From: Vicugna vicugna
Taxonomy: Eukaryota
Direction: 5' to 3'
DNA: 64,000 nt
NCBI GenBank assembly: GCA_013265495.1
Contig: MU057651.1
Span: forward strand, 1,623,674 to 1,687,673
Shown: one piece after another, positions 53,549-64,000 of the stretch
How the letters are laid out: the number at the start of each line of letters is the position of its first letter
How positions within the stretch are numbered: position 1 is the stretch's first letter
Position numbers and translations under genes: made by a program
The notes under the pieces: model-generated
The model's input: the letters and a program-made list of their open reading frames with translations, nothing else
Told to the model about the DNA's origin: nothing
The model's database searches: none

Positions 53549-54324
53549 GTGTGTTGGCTTTGCTGTGCCCGAGGCTGGCCTGTCCATGACGACTGGCCCA
53601 CGCTAGGCAGCCCCGTTATACTGCGCTTGCTGGCTCGGTCCCCAGAAGCGAGGTGACGGCAGTGCGCGGTCACGGGGGCGGTCGGGGCGGCAGAGCGCGT
53701 GTTGACACGTCCCCCGTGGCTTCTCCGGTGGCCGGTGCCGACTCCTGTGCGCCGGCTGCTACGCTGTCAGGAAGTTTGCACGCTGGTTCTTACACGTAGA
53801 CGTCATTGATGGTTACATTCTGTAGACGTGATAAAAAGTTAAACTCAAACGTACTGGATACACGGATTCATCGCTTCCTAGTCCCTTTCGTGTGTTTTGC
53901 TGATGTCTGTTCTCCTGAGATCGTTTATAGCTCTTGCGTCTAGACGGTGGGACTCCACGTGCCTCTCTCTTCTCAAGTCTGTGCTGGGGTGTCATGTCGG
54001 CTGCTTGGACTGGTTCCACGGTGGGAGCACTCACACCGAGAAGGCAGCCTGTGTGACAGACGGGGTCTGTGTTTCTTCAAAGAGCCGTCATTGCCCATTT
54101 ACTGGCCCCGCGCGGGGTGTGACCGGCAGCGCACTGGCAAGTTCCAGGGGCTCAGAGCTGACGGGAACCGGCGTGGACGTCCTCTTTGCCTTCCCTGGGG
54201 CTTTTATCCGGGGCCGACGCCACTGCCCCGACGTTAACGAGCTCTGGGCCCATGGGCATCACCCCTGAGCTGCTGGGGAAGCCTGCACGATGGAGTTTTT
54301 TTTTTTTTAATGCAACTGATACCA

Positions 54325-54471
54325 TTTTTTTTTTTAATTTAAAAATCTTTTTGGGGCGGGGAGGTCATTAGGTTTACTTACTTATTTAGGTTTTAGAGGA
54401 GGGACCGGGGATTGAACCCGGGACCTCGTGCATGCCAAGCACGCGCTCTGCCACCGAGCTGTGCCCTCCCC
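54325..54471 (-). mobile_element. tRNA-derived SINE
   Basis: ggggattgaacccgggacctcgtgcatgccaagcacgcgctctgccaccgagctgtgccctcccc. Its tail is where the duplicated contig ends at the gap. Confidence 0.85.
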
Positions 54472-55794
54472 GTGCCCCGGGTCCAGCTCTGAACATTGCT
54501 TATTGCTTTGGTGGTCCTTTAACTCCCCCGAATCCCACGTCCGGTGGGTGCAGGATTCTCACAGCGAGCAGAGAGGAAGACGGCGCCCGGAGGGACTAGC
54601 TGGGCTCCTGCTAAAGTCCCGCGACACGGTGAGGGCCTGGGGGGCCTTGCCTTTATGAAAACGCGAGCTGTGGATGCTTGATCGTGTTGTGCAGCCTCGG
54701 GAAGGGCGGCATGTGGGAGCCGGGGGTCTCATAGAAACATGTCTGCAGCCCCAGCAGGGGCGCGAGCACACGTGGATTTATTCAGACCCTCACGCCCTGA
54801 TCCCAGCTTGTGTGGCGCTTTGGCAGGTACTCCACGTGGGTGAAAAAAACAAACAACAAACGAAAAAAACAAAACAAGTCCAACAGACGGTTTGTGAGGG
54901 CTGAGGGAAGTTTGCAGCTCCAGCTTCTGAGACAACTGCCTCCAAGACCATGTTCACATGATCGTCACCTGTCCTGGCTGGTGACGGCTAGGTCCTTTCT
55001 GAATAGAGCAGAGGTGGCCGTCTGGGACGACCAAAGGAGACGGGCACTCATCTCGGGATGCAGTGCGTCTGGGATGCGTCTGTGGTCCAAGGGAGCCTGG
55101 AGGCCGACGTGATCAGAAATGTAAATCTTCTCCAGAACGTGGGGTGTGAAGTGTCCTGGGCCAGACAGATGCAGGCGGAAGGCACAGGGCCACTGTGAGT
55201 TTTTAATATTCCTGGTAAACCTCCTCACGCAGAGTGGTCTCCGTACCAGTGTGGGATCCCACTGGAAGTGGAAGTCCCGACCGGTAGTGTCCATGAGATG
55301 ACAGTCTGGGGTGTCGCCCCCTTTCGCTCTCTCACTGGTTGCTTTAAACTGCAGAAGATAGTCGTAAGGAGCTCCCTGGGGATCAGACAGCACATTTAAG
55401 AAGGGACAGCAAGTACCTGTGTGGCTCGGCTCTTCTGGGATGAGGTGATGTGGCCAGAGCTCTAGGTGGGACGGGGGCTTCCAACTGGCTGCCTCCCCAG
55501 ATTGGGACCTGTGGACCCAGCTGTGGGCAGCATTGCAGAGCAGACCTGGTACACTTACCTGGCCAGACCTTGGACAGTTACAGACCTGTTCTAGCCAGAG
55601 AGCAGGGCCTGAGTGAGCTCCCCTTCCATGTGGGGGTCATGCCCATCCCCCAGATGCAGCCCAGTGATGTCAGCCCTCAGCCTTCCCACTGGACACTCCC
55701 AGCATGGAGCCAGTGCCTGTGATAGAGGAAGTTAGGCCTTTCCTTCTGTGTCTTTGCTCCTGGGGAAGGAGCACTTTCCTCCTCTACACCCCCC

Positions 55795-56398
55795 ATATAT
55801 CAAAAGGATTATGCCCTTGCACCCCAGTGTTCACAGTAGCACCATTTACAACAGCCAAGACATGGAAACAACCTAAATGTCCATTAACAGATGACTGGAT
55901 AAAGAAGCTGTGGTATATTTATACAGTGGAATACTACTCAGTCATGAAAAAGGATAAAATAAGGCCATTTGCAGCAACATGGATGGACCTGGAGAATGTC
56001 ATGCTAAATGAAGTCAGCCAGAAAGAGAAAGAAAAATACCATATGAGATCACTCATATGTGGGATTTAAAAAAAATGATACAAATTCTATTTGTAAACCA
56101 AAAACAGACTCACACACCTAAAAAAACAAACTATGGTTACCAAAGGGGAAAAGACGTGGAGGGATAAATTAGGGGTGGGGATTAGCAGACACACACTACT
56201 GAACATAAAATAGATAAACAACAAGGACCTACTGCAGAGCTCAGGAAACTGTATTCAATTTGTAATAACATGTAATGGAAAAGAATCTGAAAAGAAAAAA
56301 AAATATATACGTAAAATGTGTAACTGAGTCGCTTTGCTGTGCACCTGAAACTAACCTTGTAAATCAACTACATCTCAATAAAATTTTTTTTAAAAAAG
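55795..56398 (+). mobile_element. 5'-truncated L1 (ORF2 C-terminus, 3' UTR, poly(A) signal)
   Basis: Peptide AKTWKQPKCPLTDDWIKKLWYIYTVEYYS...FAATWMDLENVMLNEVSQKEKEKYHM. 3' UTR ends with AATAAA at 56377-56382. Confidence 0.92.
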
Positions 56399-56927
56399 CT
56401 TATGCTGTTAAATCGAAGGATAGCATTTATAGCAGGAATATTACAAGTGACTAGAATTAAATTTAATTGGGGTGTCAGTACAGATTATGAGCTCAAGGCT
56501 CTTTTCTGTGAGGGGACACTCCGTGGGCAGAGCTGCAGTGTGACATGTTTTATTGAACCCCCATTCCCAGAGGGGGCCCTTCATTTACACCTGTGGTTCT
56601 GACCCAGAGCTGTCTGTGCACCTGTGTCCCGGGAAGAGGGGTCACCGTGGAGGAAGGGGAGTGTGAGGCTGCAAAGGGTTGTGGCGTGGGGTGTGGGGGG
56701 GTGGACGGGGGAGGCTTGGACGACGCCACACCCAGGATTGAGAGCAGACAGTGAGTGTCCACGGGCTTCTCTGCGTGTTGTTAGAACTTCCTGAGATGAA
56801 GGACAGTTACCTGACAGCTTTTGGTGCAGGTGGTGCCCAGCCAGGGCGTGCGGAGGTCTGGTTTCCAGACGTGCGCTCACCCGAACAAGTGTATGCTTCT
56901 AACTGCAACCACTGCTGTGTTTTCTAG

Positions 56928-57091
56928 GAAACGGCAGAGCTGTGGGCCTCCCCCCATCAGCCAAGCTGTGAAGATCTGAGCAGGAATCTCTCCAGCGCCT
57001 TGCGGAGCTTCCGGAGCGCCTTGGAGAAGGCCCGTGCGCGTAGCTGTGCCTGCGGGTCCCCGCCAGGCCCTGGCCCCCGGCCACTGCACAC
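56928..57091 (+). CDS. ABCA13: ABCA13 exon 21-equivalent (164 nt)
   Basis: Acceptor ttttctag|GAA and donor CACAC|gtacgt. Translates ETAELWASPHQPSCEDLSRNLSSALRSFRSALEKARARSCACGSPPGPGPRPLH. Confidence 0.85.
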
Positions 57092-57797
57092 GTACGTCCT
57101 GCTCACCCTCCACCCCTGCCCTCGCCAAGGCCATACCTCCCTGCGTTTTCAAATGACAGACTTCACACGGTCATGTGCCCCGCAGGGCATTACAATTCAC
57201 GCTGGTGCCGTGTTTGCACCCACAACAGCGTCTTTAGAGTGTGAACTATAAGAGCAGCTGTAACTCTAAGCCGAGCTTCATTGCGGCTCCAGGCGTTGGA
57301 TCAAAATGTCCAGACCCGAGGTCACAATTTGGCATTCGTTACGTTCTGGGGGACCGGCCAGCAACTTTTCATGCTGGATTAACTTTGTTCTGAGCTCTCC
57401 AAGTGTAACCCAGCCTGGAAGAGGCAGTCAGGCACTTGCTCGTCTGCGGCGAGCTGTTCACAGAAAGGACGATGTTCAGCTGAATTCTTGGTGTCCTAAT
57501 TTCTCGTGCATCCCAGGATCTGTCTTCTCCATACCTTCCACACTCATGAGACCCTTTATTCTGCACCGTGGTGCCTGACTCACCTTGCCTGGCAGGGGCT
57601 CCCAGACGGAAACGCTGGGGTCGTGATACTGACCAGTATTCACATCCAGAGTGCGTGTGTCTAATTATTCGGGGGATTTTTATAGAAATGGGGTCTTGTC
57701 ACCTTGTTCCCGGGGACCGACGCGGTACTGTTCCCTCCGGCATTGTTGCTTGCTGTCTCATCTTGCCCAAATTAGCTGCAGTTTTCTACCATTTTAG

Positions 57798-57877
57798 GTT
57801 GGCCCGAAGCCTCGAGAAGACTTTGCTGTCTGGGAACCCCATTATGGCTTTCCTTGGCAATTTCTCAGTAACTCAGG
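57798..57877 (+). CDS. ABCA13: ABCA13 exon 22-equivalent (80 nt)
   Basis: Acceptor cattttag|G and donor CAGG|gtaggt. Translates LARSLEKTLLSGNPIMAFLGNFSVTQ. Confidence 0.88.
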
Positions 57878-58537
57878 GTAGGTACGCGGTTCCTGCACGT
57901 CTGCCTGAGTGAAAATTGAGTTTAGTTTCTCGCACGAACGTGTGATTTCAGTAAAACACCCTCAGGGAGGGTTAGTGATAAAGAACAGGTTAGAGCCGCC
58001 TGGCTGCCCCGACGTCTTCGGGGTTGAGAAGGAGGTCGCCAAGTCCTGGGTCCGACACCGAGACAGGAAGGAAGGGAGACGTCCACGGTCGTGGTGTCTC
58101 CCTGCACACGGAGACCTCGACGAGCCTCTGTTTCTCTGTCTGTCTTGTCCGAGTGATCCATAAGCCCTTGAAACACCGATACGTCAAGTCTGAAGAATTC
58201 TGGCAAATCTCGTTGAGAAACGTGAGATACATAGATTCGCGGAGAGAAGTGAGTTCCCTACGGAGAACCACCTGTTTCCAGAGCAAATCTTAACATGCAC
58301 AGGGCTCGGGGGCGGCAGGCCACCCACCCTGGGGTTTTGTTTCACTGGTGGTGTCGGTGAACTCAGGTCCTCCTGGCAGATAAGGTGTGACTTTATTTAG
58401 TGCTTATGTACTGGGGGGCTGGGCACAGTCAAGGAGGCGACCCTGGCTGGGTTTTAGCGTCAGATCTTGTCTTCCCAGCCGGCAACACCCCAAACACGTG
58501 TCGCTATGAGATTTCCTGCCTCTGGGTCGCTTTTCAG

Positions 58538-58659
58538 ATGTAAAAGTCAAAGACGTGATGCAGAACGTCACCAGGCTAACCGAAGGGCTTCGGACGTCTC
58601 TGCACATCTCAGGCGCGACCATCGAGGGCATTTTAGAAGCCAACGTCTCCCATTCGAAG
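58538..58659 (+). CDS. ABCA13: ABCA13 exon 23-equivalent (122 nt)
   Basis: Acceptor ttttcag|AT and donor GAAG|gtactg. Translates (D)[40 protein letters not shown]. Confidence 0.88.
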
Positions 58660-61600
58660 GTACTGTCTGCTTCTCCTCGGGTCGCCCTCCCCGCGAGCCC
58701 TCGGGCGGGCGGCCGGGGGCTGCTGCCCTCCTGTCCTGGTGCCCCCCTGCCCCACAGCTGGGGGCCTCGTGTGAGTGATATAAACTGAGGCAGAAGGGAA
58801 ACGAGAGAATAAACCAGGAGCCAACGGACGTTGTCTTCCGCTGCCAAGACCTGGAGGACTGTCACGATGCTGCCTTTGCTGGCGTTAGAAATGAAGTCGG
58901 TGAATGACGTTTGTTCCGGAATTCCCAAACTGATGGGCGGTGCCTGGGGGGCCCTGCTGGGGGCTGTGATTTCCTCTGAGTGGGGGATGCCTGTGTGCAG
59001 CCGGACGTGTGCTGTGGGACGGCTTGGTGTGTCGGCAGATGGGCCGTTGCAGGCAGGCGCGTCCCCAAAGGGGTTGAGAGGTGCTGGTTGAGGCCACGGA
59101 GATAAGGAGATGGGGACACGTGCGGGGCGGGTTTCTCCGCGGAGGGTGGGAGCGGGTGAGTTTCTCCTCGTCCCCGGCGGACGCCCCCTGCGCCCCTGGC
59201 AGGTATCTGGCTGGGATGACCTGTCAGCACTTCCACTGGGGTTTCACTTCCCGGGACCCAGAACCTGCCGGAAGCAGCCGCCACGAAGGGGGCTGTCGAG
59301 TGAGCACTTTTCCTGACGTCAGCCGGGCGCGTGTGGATCCTGACTTTCCTGTGGCGCGCGTCTTGTGAATTGCGGCTAAACGCGAGCCTTGACAAGGAGG
59401 CCAGTTGACTAAGAGTTAACCCACGTTAAGGAAGAGATGAGAGGAGCCCCAGATTCACGTTCTGTCTCCTCAGGGACGTTATGGTGCAAGGAAGACGCCA
59501 AAGGCAGCTTATTGAGGACCCCCGTGCACCGGGGAGGGGTGTGTCCGCTGGATCGTGTGGCAGGCGAACGGAGCAATGACCGAGTTCGTTTAAGCAGCGA
59601 CTAGCAACGCGGTCAGAGAAGGGTCAGGGCGGCTGCCTCCAGGGGTCCCTTCAAATGCAGCATCTTGGGTTCCATGGTTTGTGCCCAGTTCAGCAAGTGG
59701 CCACTGGGTGTCGCTGAGGTTCCGTGGGCCGAGGGCTGGCTCCGGGCAGGCTCGGAGACGGCTGATGCCGCCGGGAGACGGCTGTGCAGTGCTTTTAGCA
59801 TTTGTCTGTCTTCGTCTACGTCTCGGGCTATGGACGTCGTTATGGAGGGTCACCTAAACCGCTGGGCAGTTAGGTCGCCGGGAGGGCATTAGAAGCCTTG
59901 CTTTCCTGGGACTCAGATAAATAAGGAAGGTTTTTGCTTGACGGCTGAGTGCATCCATGAACTGGAACGCGTCCACAGACCTTAGGTAATTGTTGTTTGG
60001 TTAGGAGAAATACGGTTGGAGCCTCATTCATCCACTTGCTGGAAGTCTTCCCTCCCGGAGCCTGGACCCCCGAGTCCCCGCTCTGAGGGAGTGGACGTCG
60101 TGCTGGGTGGCAGACGCAGTATACAGACACGTGACGTACGGCGAAGTTCTGCGCGGCACGTGTCCGGGGCGACCTGGCAGTGGTGGGGACGGGTGGTCCC
60201 GGGGGCTCCCTGAGGACGGGGCGTCGGGGCTCAGACAGACATGGGGAAACCACTGTCTGTAAAGACATGAGAGAGCCTCAGGGCTGGGGACCCAGTTAAA
60301 GGGCAGGGGCAGGAAGAAGGGGACGGCGGCCAGGCTGACCTGTGGGCGCCATGCGCTTTCCTCTCCTGCCGTCTGTTCTGGCTTCGGCTGCTGGGGGCCC
60401 CTGGGGAAGGTCCTCTGCCCTAGCGCTGCTCCATTCCTTGCCACCGGCATCTCCGGGTGCAAACCCCAGATCTCAGACGCCCGGGGCGTGTTGGAGCCTG
60501 GAGCCCGGCTCACCCACCTCCGCCCTGGACTGAGTCCCCCCACCCGCCCGGAGACGCCCCGCGCGTGTTGTGCCGTGGTGCCCGGCCCCTCGCTCCCGAT
60601 CGGCAGTGACCTCCTTCTCTGCACCAGGTTGATTTGTTACTCTTTTCAGAGGTGACCGTGAGGTTGCAAAGTCAGGACCAAGGAGCCTGAGAGAGCAATC
60701 AGAGGGTCTGCCCGCTCCCTTGGGAGACAGGGGTGCCACAGCCCCCTGCAGATTTGTGCTCCCTCCTCGAAGGTGGAGGAAGGTGCAGGCGGGGCTCCCC
60801 GCCAGCTCTGATCTCTTCTGCGAGGCTCTTAAGGGGAAAAGCTGATCTGCAACCTTTTCTTACTCCCCGTGGGCAGGAAGGAGTGCATTTGGCGGATCTG
60901 GCCTAATTTCTGTCTCTCACTGGGGGTGGCATCTGTAGGCGCCATGACCAGCCGGCTGGCACACTTTTTGGCGCGAGAGCCGCCTTCCGGGGATTTCTCC
61001 AGCCTGGCCCGCTCCGATGGTTCTGGCGCATGGAGCCAGGCTTCTGGAGCGCTGCATCGGATGGTTCCCGGTGTGACTCACTTCGGAGTAGACGCCGTTC
61101 ACAGCAGGCTTACCTTGGCTTTTTTTCTGAGAGAGAAAGAAATAATTAGCCTGAGTGGAGTTGAGAGTTCCCGGCGCACGAGAGGAACGGGGCCCGGTAT
61201 GCCTTGGCGGGCGCCCCCGGCCATGTGGAAGGTCTTACCCCAAATGGAGCGCATCCTGAGCTGTGAGTGTCACACGGTTCCCACAAGTAACCTCCCTGCC
61301 ACGTCATCAGGCTGGAATTCATGGTCCTTCTAATTCGGGAAACTTCAGACCCTCTGCCAACCTGTCATGGAAGATAAATGGCTGCTTCAGTGGGTGCCTC
61401 TTCCCTACTTGCACTTCTGCACGTGTGTTTCAACCTGAGTTTCCGTTGCTCTCTGCACAAGAGCGTCTCCCTGGTTATGGCCAATTATTCCAACCCTCAG
61501 GGTCCCTTGAACCCTGCTCTGCTTTGCAGAGTGTCATCCGTCACTCCCGGCTCGGCCAGTCACAAAGGGAACGAAGACGTCTCCTGAGCTTCCATTCGAG

Positions 61601-63539
61601 TCGTTCCTGCAGGAAGGTGACCGTGGCCTTGGGGGGTCTCCCCACCAAATCCACGTTCAGTAGCTTGAATCAGCCCCAGCACGTCTGCCTGGGGGCCTGG
61701 CGACGGCCTGGTCCACTCGGTCTGCCTTCCCAAGACGACGGCTTTGCACTGAGCCGGCCCATTTGTGGGGGTTCCGTCCACGTGGTTTGCACAACCGCCC
61801 TTCACTTTAAGAGCTCGTGGGAACTCATGGTCAGAGCTCACGCGGGGGTTGGCGTTAGTATGTCGGTGATCCCTGGAGTTAGAGAGAGAAAGTCAAACGT
61901 GGTTTCACTTACGCCATGACTGCTTGAGAAGTGGGGCCATAGGACGGTCATCCTGTCTGCAGTCGGAGAGGAGAGAGGGTTCCGGAGAGGCAGACAGAGA
62001 GGCGGGGCTGGGAGCGGGGCCTTCCCCTGCAGCCGGCAGGGCCCCGGGTGACAGCAACGCCGCCTGGACCAGCCGTGCGCTCAGTGCAGGGCGGGGGCGG
62101 GCGAGGGCAGGGCAGGGGCGCAGGGGGGCCCCTCCAGACAGCCCTGAGAGCTCCCTCCTGCCCTGGGATGGTCGCTCCGGTCCACGCCTCTTCACTGCCG
62201 GCAGGTCTGAGCCTCCGGCACTCCCCGCTCCTCTCTGTCCTGTGCAGGGCGGTGTTTAAGGTCTGCCCCGGTCTCCGTTCCTTGCTTTCATAGCCTCGCA
62301 TGTGTTTCCAGTTCTCCCCCGTCGCTCTCCGTGTTTCTTTTCTGGTCTTTAGGCTGAGGACGGTCAGTGCTCCTCTGCATCCCTGAGCCTAAAGTGACCA
62401 GCGGGGCAAAGCCGGGACCGTCTCCGAGGCGCTGCTCTGAGCACAATTAGGGTTTTGGCAGAAGCTCAGTAAACAAGCTCCTGCTAAAAATGCAGAAACC
62501 CTTCTCTCCTAGGGCCCATCTCCGTATTTATAGGGAGTCTGTCAACTCAAATAAATATCTAATTGAGTGTGTGCGCGCGCATGCGTGTTGGGGTCACAGT
62601 TGGGGGCACTGTCTGCCCTGGATCCCTGGCTTCGTGAGGTTTTCCAAGGGGGACACGAAGGAAAAGCAGCAAGAACTTGGCATCCGAATTTCTGATAACT
62701 GGCAGGGTCAGCCCAGCCTGAGTTGAAAGTTGCCAGTTTTGACTTTAAAAAGGATTCACGTGACATTTTTCCAACCCAACCAAACTGAGTGTTGTCTTTG
62801 CCTTTTTGTTTTCTTTTTTAAATTCTCCATCTGCTGCAGGCACCTTTCAAACAGGGGAAATGGACACAGTAAAATTTTAAAAAGATGGAGAATAAAGTCG
62901 GGAACCACAGAGAGAGGGAGAAGGGAGGCACAGACGCTGTGGGGCGTGGCTCTTGTGCGTGATGGGCCTGGGGGCTTCTGCGTGGTGGCACCTGGCACCC
63001 CCCCTGCTTGGTTAAAAGAGCTGCGTGTGACTTTTCAGACAAAATTTCTGTCTTGGGACTAAATTCTAAGAGATGCTTGAGTGTGCTCCCACATGGGGAC
63101 CGCCGGGTGACAGCGAATTCCCAGGCTCCCCAGCAGACGCAGAGGGATGTCATCGGCCAGTTCTGGTTGATGCCCACGCAGCACCAGGAGCAGTGAATCC
63201 CCCTTTTCAAGGAAAACTTCAGGAGAAGCCCGATCAAAGAGGGCTGCCCTAATCAAAGTGGAGGCTGGGTGTCTACACCCCAGCCAGCCTGCCTTCTCTT
63301 CGAGCCCCTGCCACAAGCCCAGCCAAAGGCGGCTTGCCCTTCTTGAGAGAACAAGGTTGGAAGCAGTGGCAGAAGGAACTCCTTCTCAAAGTATGTCTGT
63401 ACCATCCACGTCCCCTGCGGAAAAAGGGCTTATTGGCCAATTAGGTATGAAAAACTTCACACGTCTCTCTCAAAGATTCTGAGTGTACATCAGCATGTTA
63501 AAGTCTGCTAGCCATTTAAAAAAATAAATCTACAACTAG

Positions 63540-63632
63540 ATTATGTATTTATTTTTAATGGAGGTGCTGAAGATGGAACCCAGGACCTCGTGCATGCTAA
63601 GCACGCTGTTTGTCACTGAGCTATTACCCGCC
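63540..63632 (-). mobile_element. tRNA-derived SINE (short form)
   Basis: ggaacccaggacctcgtgcatgctaagcacgc...actgagctattaccc. Confidence 0.8.
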
Positions 63633-63646
63633 CTGTCCTTGCCTTT

Positions 63647-64000
63647 TGTGATGGATAATTTCGTATGTCGACTTGCCTAGGCCTTCGTTCCCAGATATTC
63701 GGTCAAACACCAATTAAATGTCCCTGTGAAGTTATTTCTTTTTTAGATGACATTAACAATGAAATCGGTAGGTTTTGAGCAGATTGCCTTCTGGAATGTG
63801 GGTGGGCCTCGTCTAATCAGTTGAAGGACTTAAGAGCAAAGTCTGAGAACTCCCGAGGGAGAGGGAATCCCACCTTCAGACGGCCTTCAGGGCTGAGCTG
63901 CAACGTCCGCTCCTCCCTGGGCCTCCTGCTGGCCAGCCTGCCCTGTGGAATTGAGTCTGGCCACATTCCCACAGTTAAGGGAGCCAATTCCGTAAAAAGC
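63647..64000 (+). mobile_element. MLT2 (ERVL) LTR, runs off the window end
   Basis: tgtgatggataatttcgtatgtcgacttg...cccagatattcggtcaaaca...gcagattgcc...aatgtgggtgggcctcgtctaatcagttgaagg is the MLT2 pattern. Confidence 0.82.

Larger units (their letters stand above)
49935..54356. repeat. 2133-bp direct duplication (49935-52067 and 52224-54356) flanking an N gap
   Basis: Offset 2289 bp. About 10 single-base differences seen by eye. Confidence 0.95.
9507..58659 (+). other. ABCA13: ABCA13 gene body, 5' part (continues beyond the last exon found)
   Basis: Thirteen distinct coding exons splice in one frame. N-terminus [23 protein letters not shown] is ABCA-type (LLWKN). The 4.7-kb and 1.8-kb exons and the position next to UPP1 are characteristic of ABCA13. 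Confidence 0.95.

Noticed and set aside
58700..63500. Further ABCA13 exon (24) or other genes among the GC-rich ORFs
   Set aside because: No ORF resembles the expected continuation with proper splice sites. The next exon probably lies beyond the window.

Overview
Mammalian genomic DNA, GC- and CpG-rich. It is probably from a camelid, judged from the abundant tRNA-derived SINE family and the L1 3' ends (recognised from memory). Two + strand genes are present. The first is the last three coding exons of UPP1 (1217-2527). About 7 kb downstream is the 5' part of the giant ABC transporter gene ABCA13 (ATG 9507; last recognisable exon ends 58659; gene continues beyond the window). All ABCA13 exons found splice into one open frame. 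Main oddities: (1) exon 6 is followed after only 729 bp by the 4.7-kb giant exon (human exon 17), so the block equivalent to human exons 7-16 appears to be missing in frame; (2) UPP1 has CGA where the human-equivalent stop lies and runs 15 codons further to a TAA inside the AATAAA signal; (3) a 2.1-kb near-identical duplication containing exon 20 flanks a 156-N gap and is most likely an assembly artefact; (4) a GC-AG intron, a (TG)10 tract at the exon 2 acceptor, and signs of GC-biased evolution. The rest is intronic SINE, L1, LTR, MITE and simple repeats. Exon numbers follow human ABCA13 as recalled; no database was searched, and repeat boundaries are approximate.
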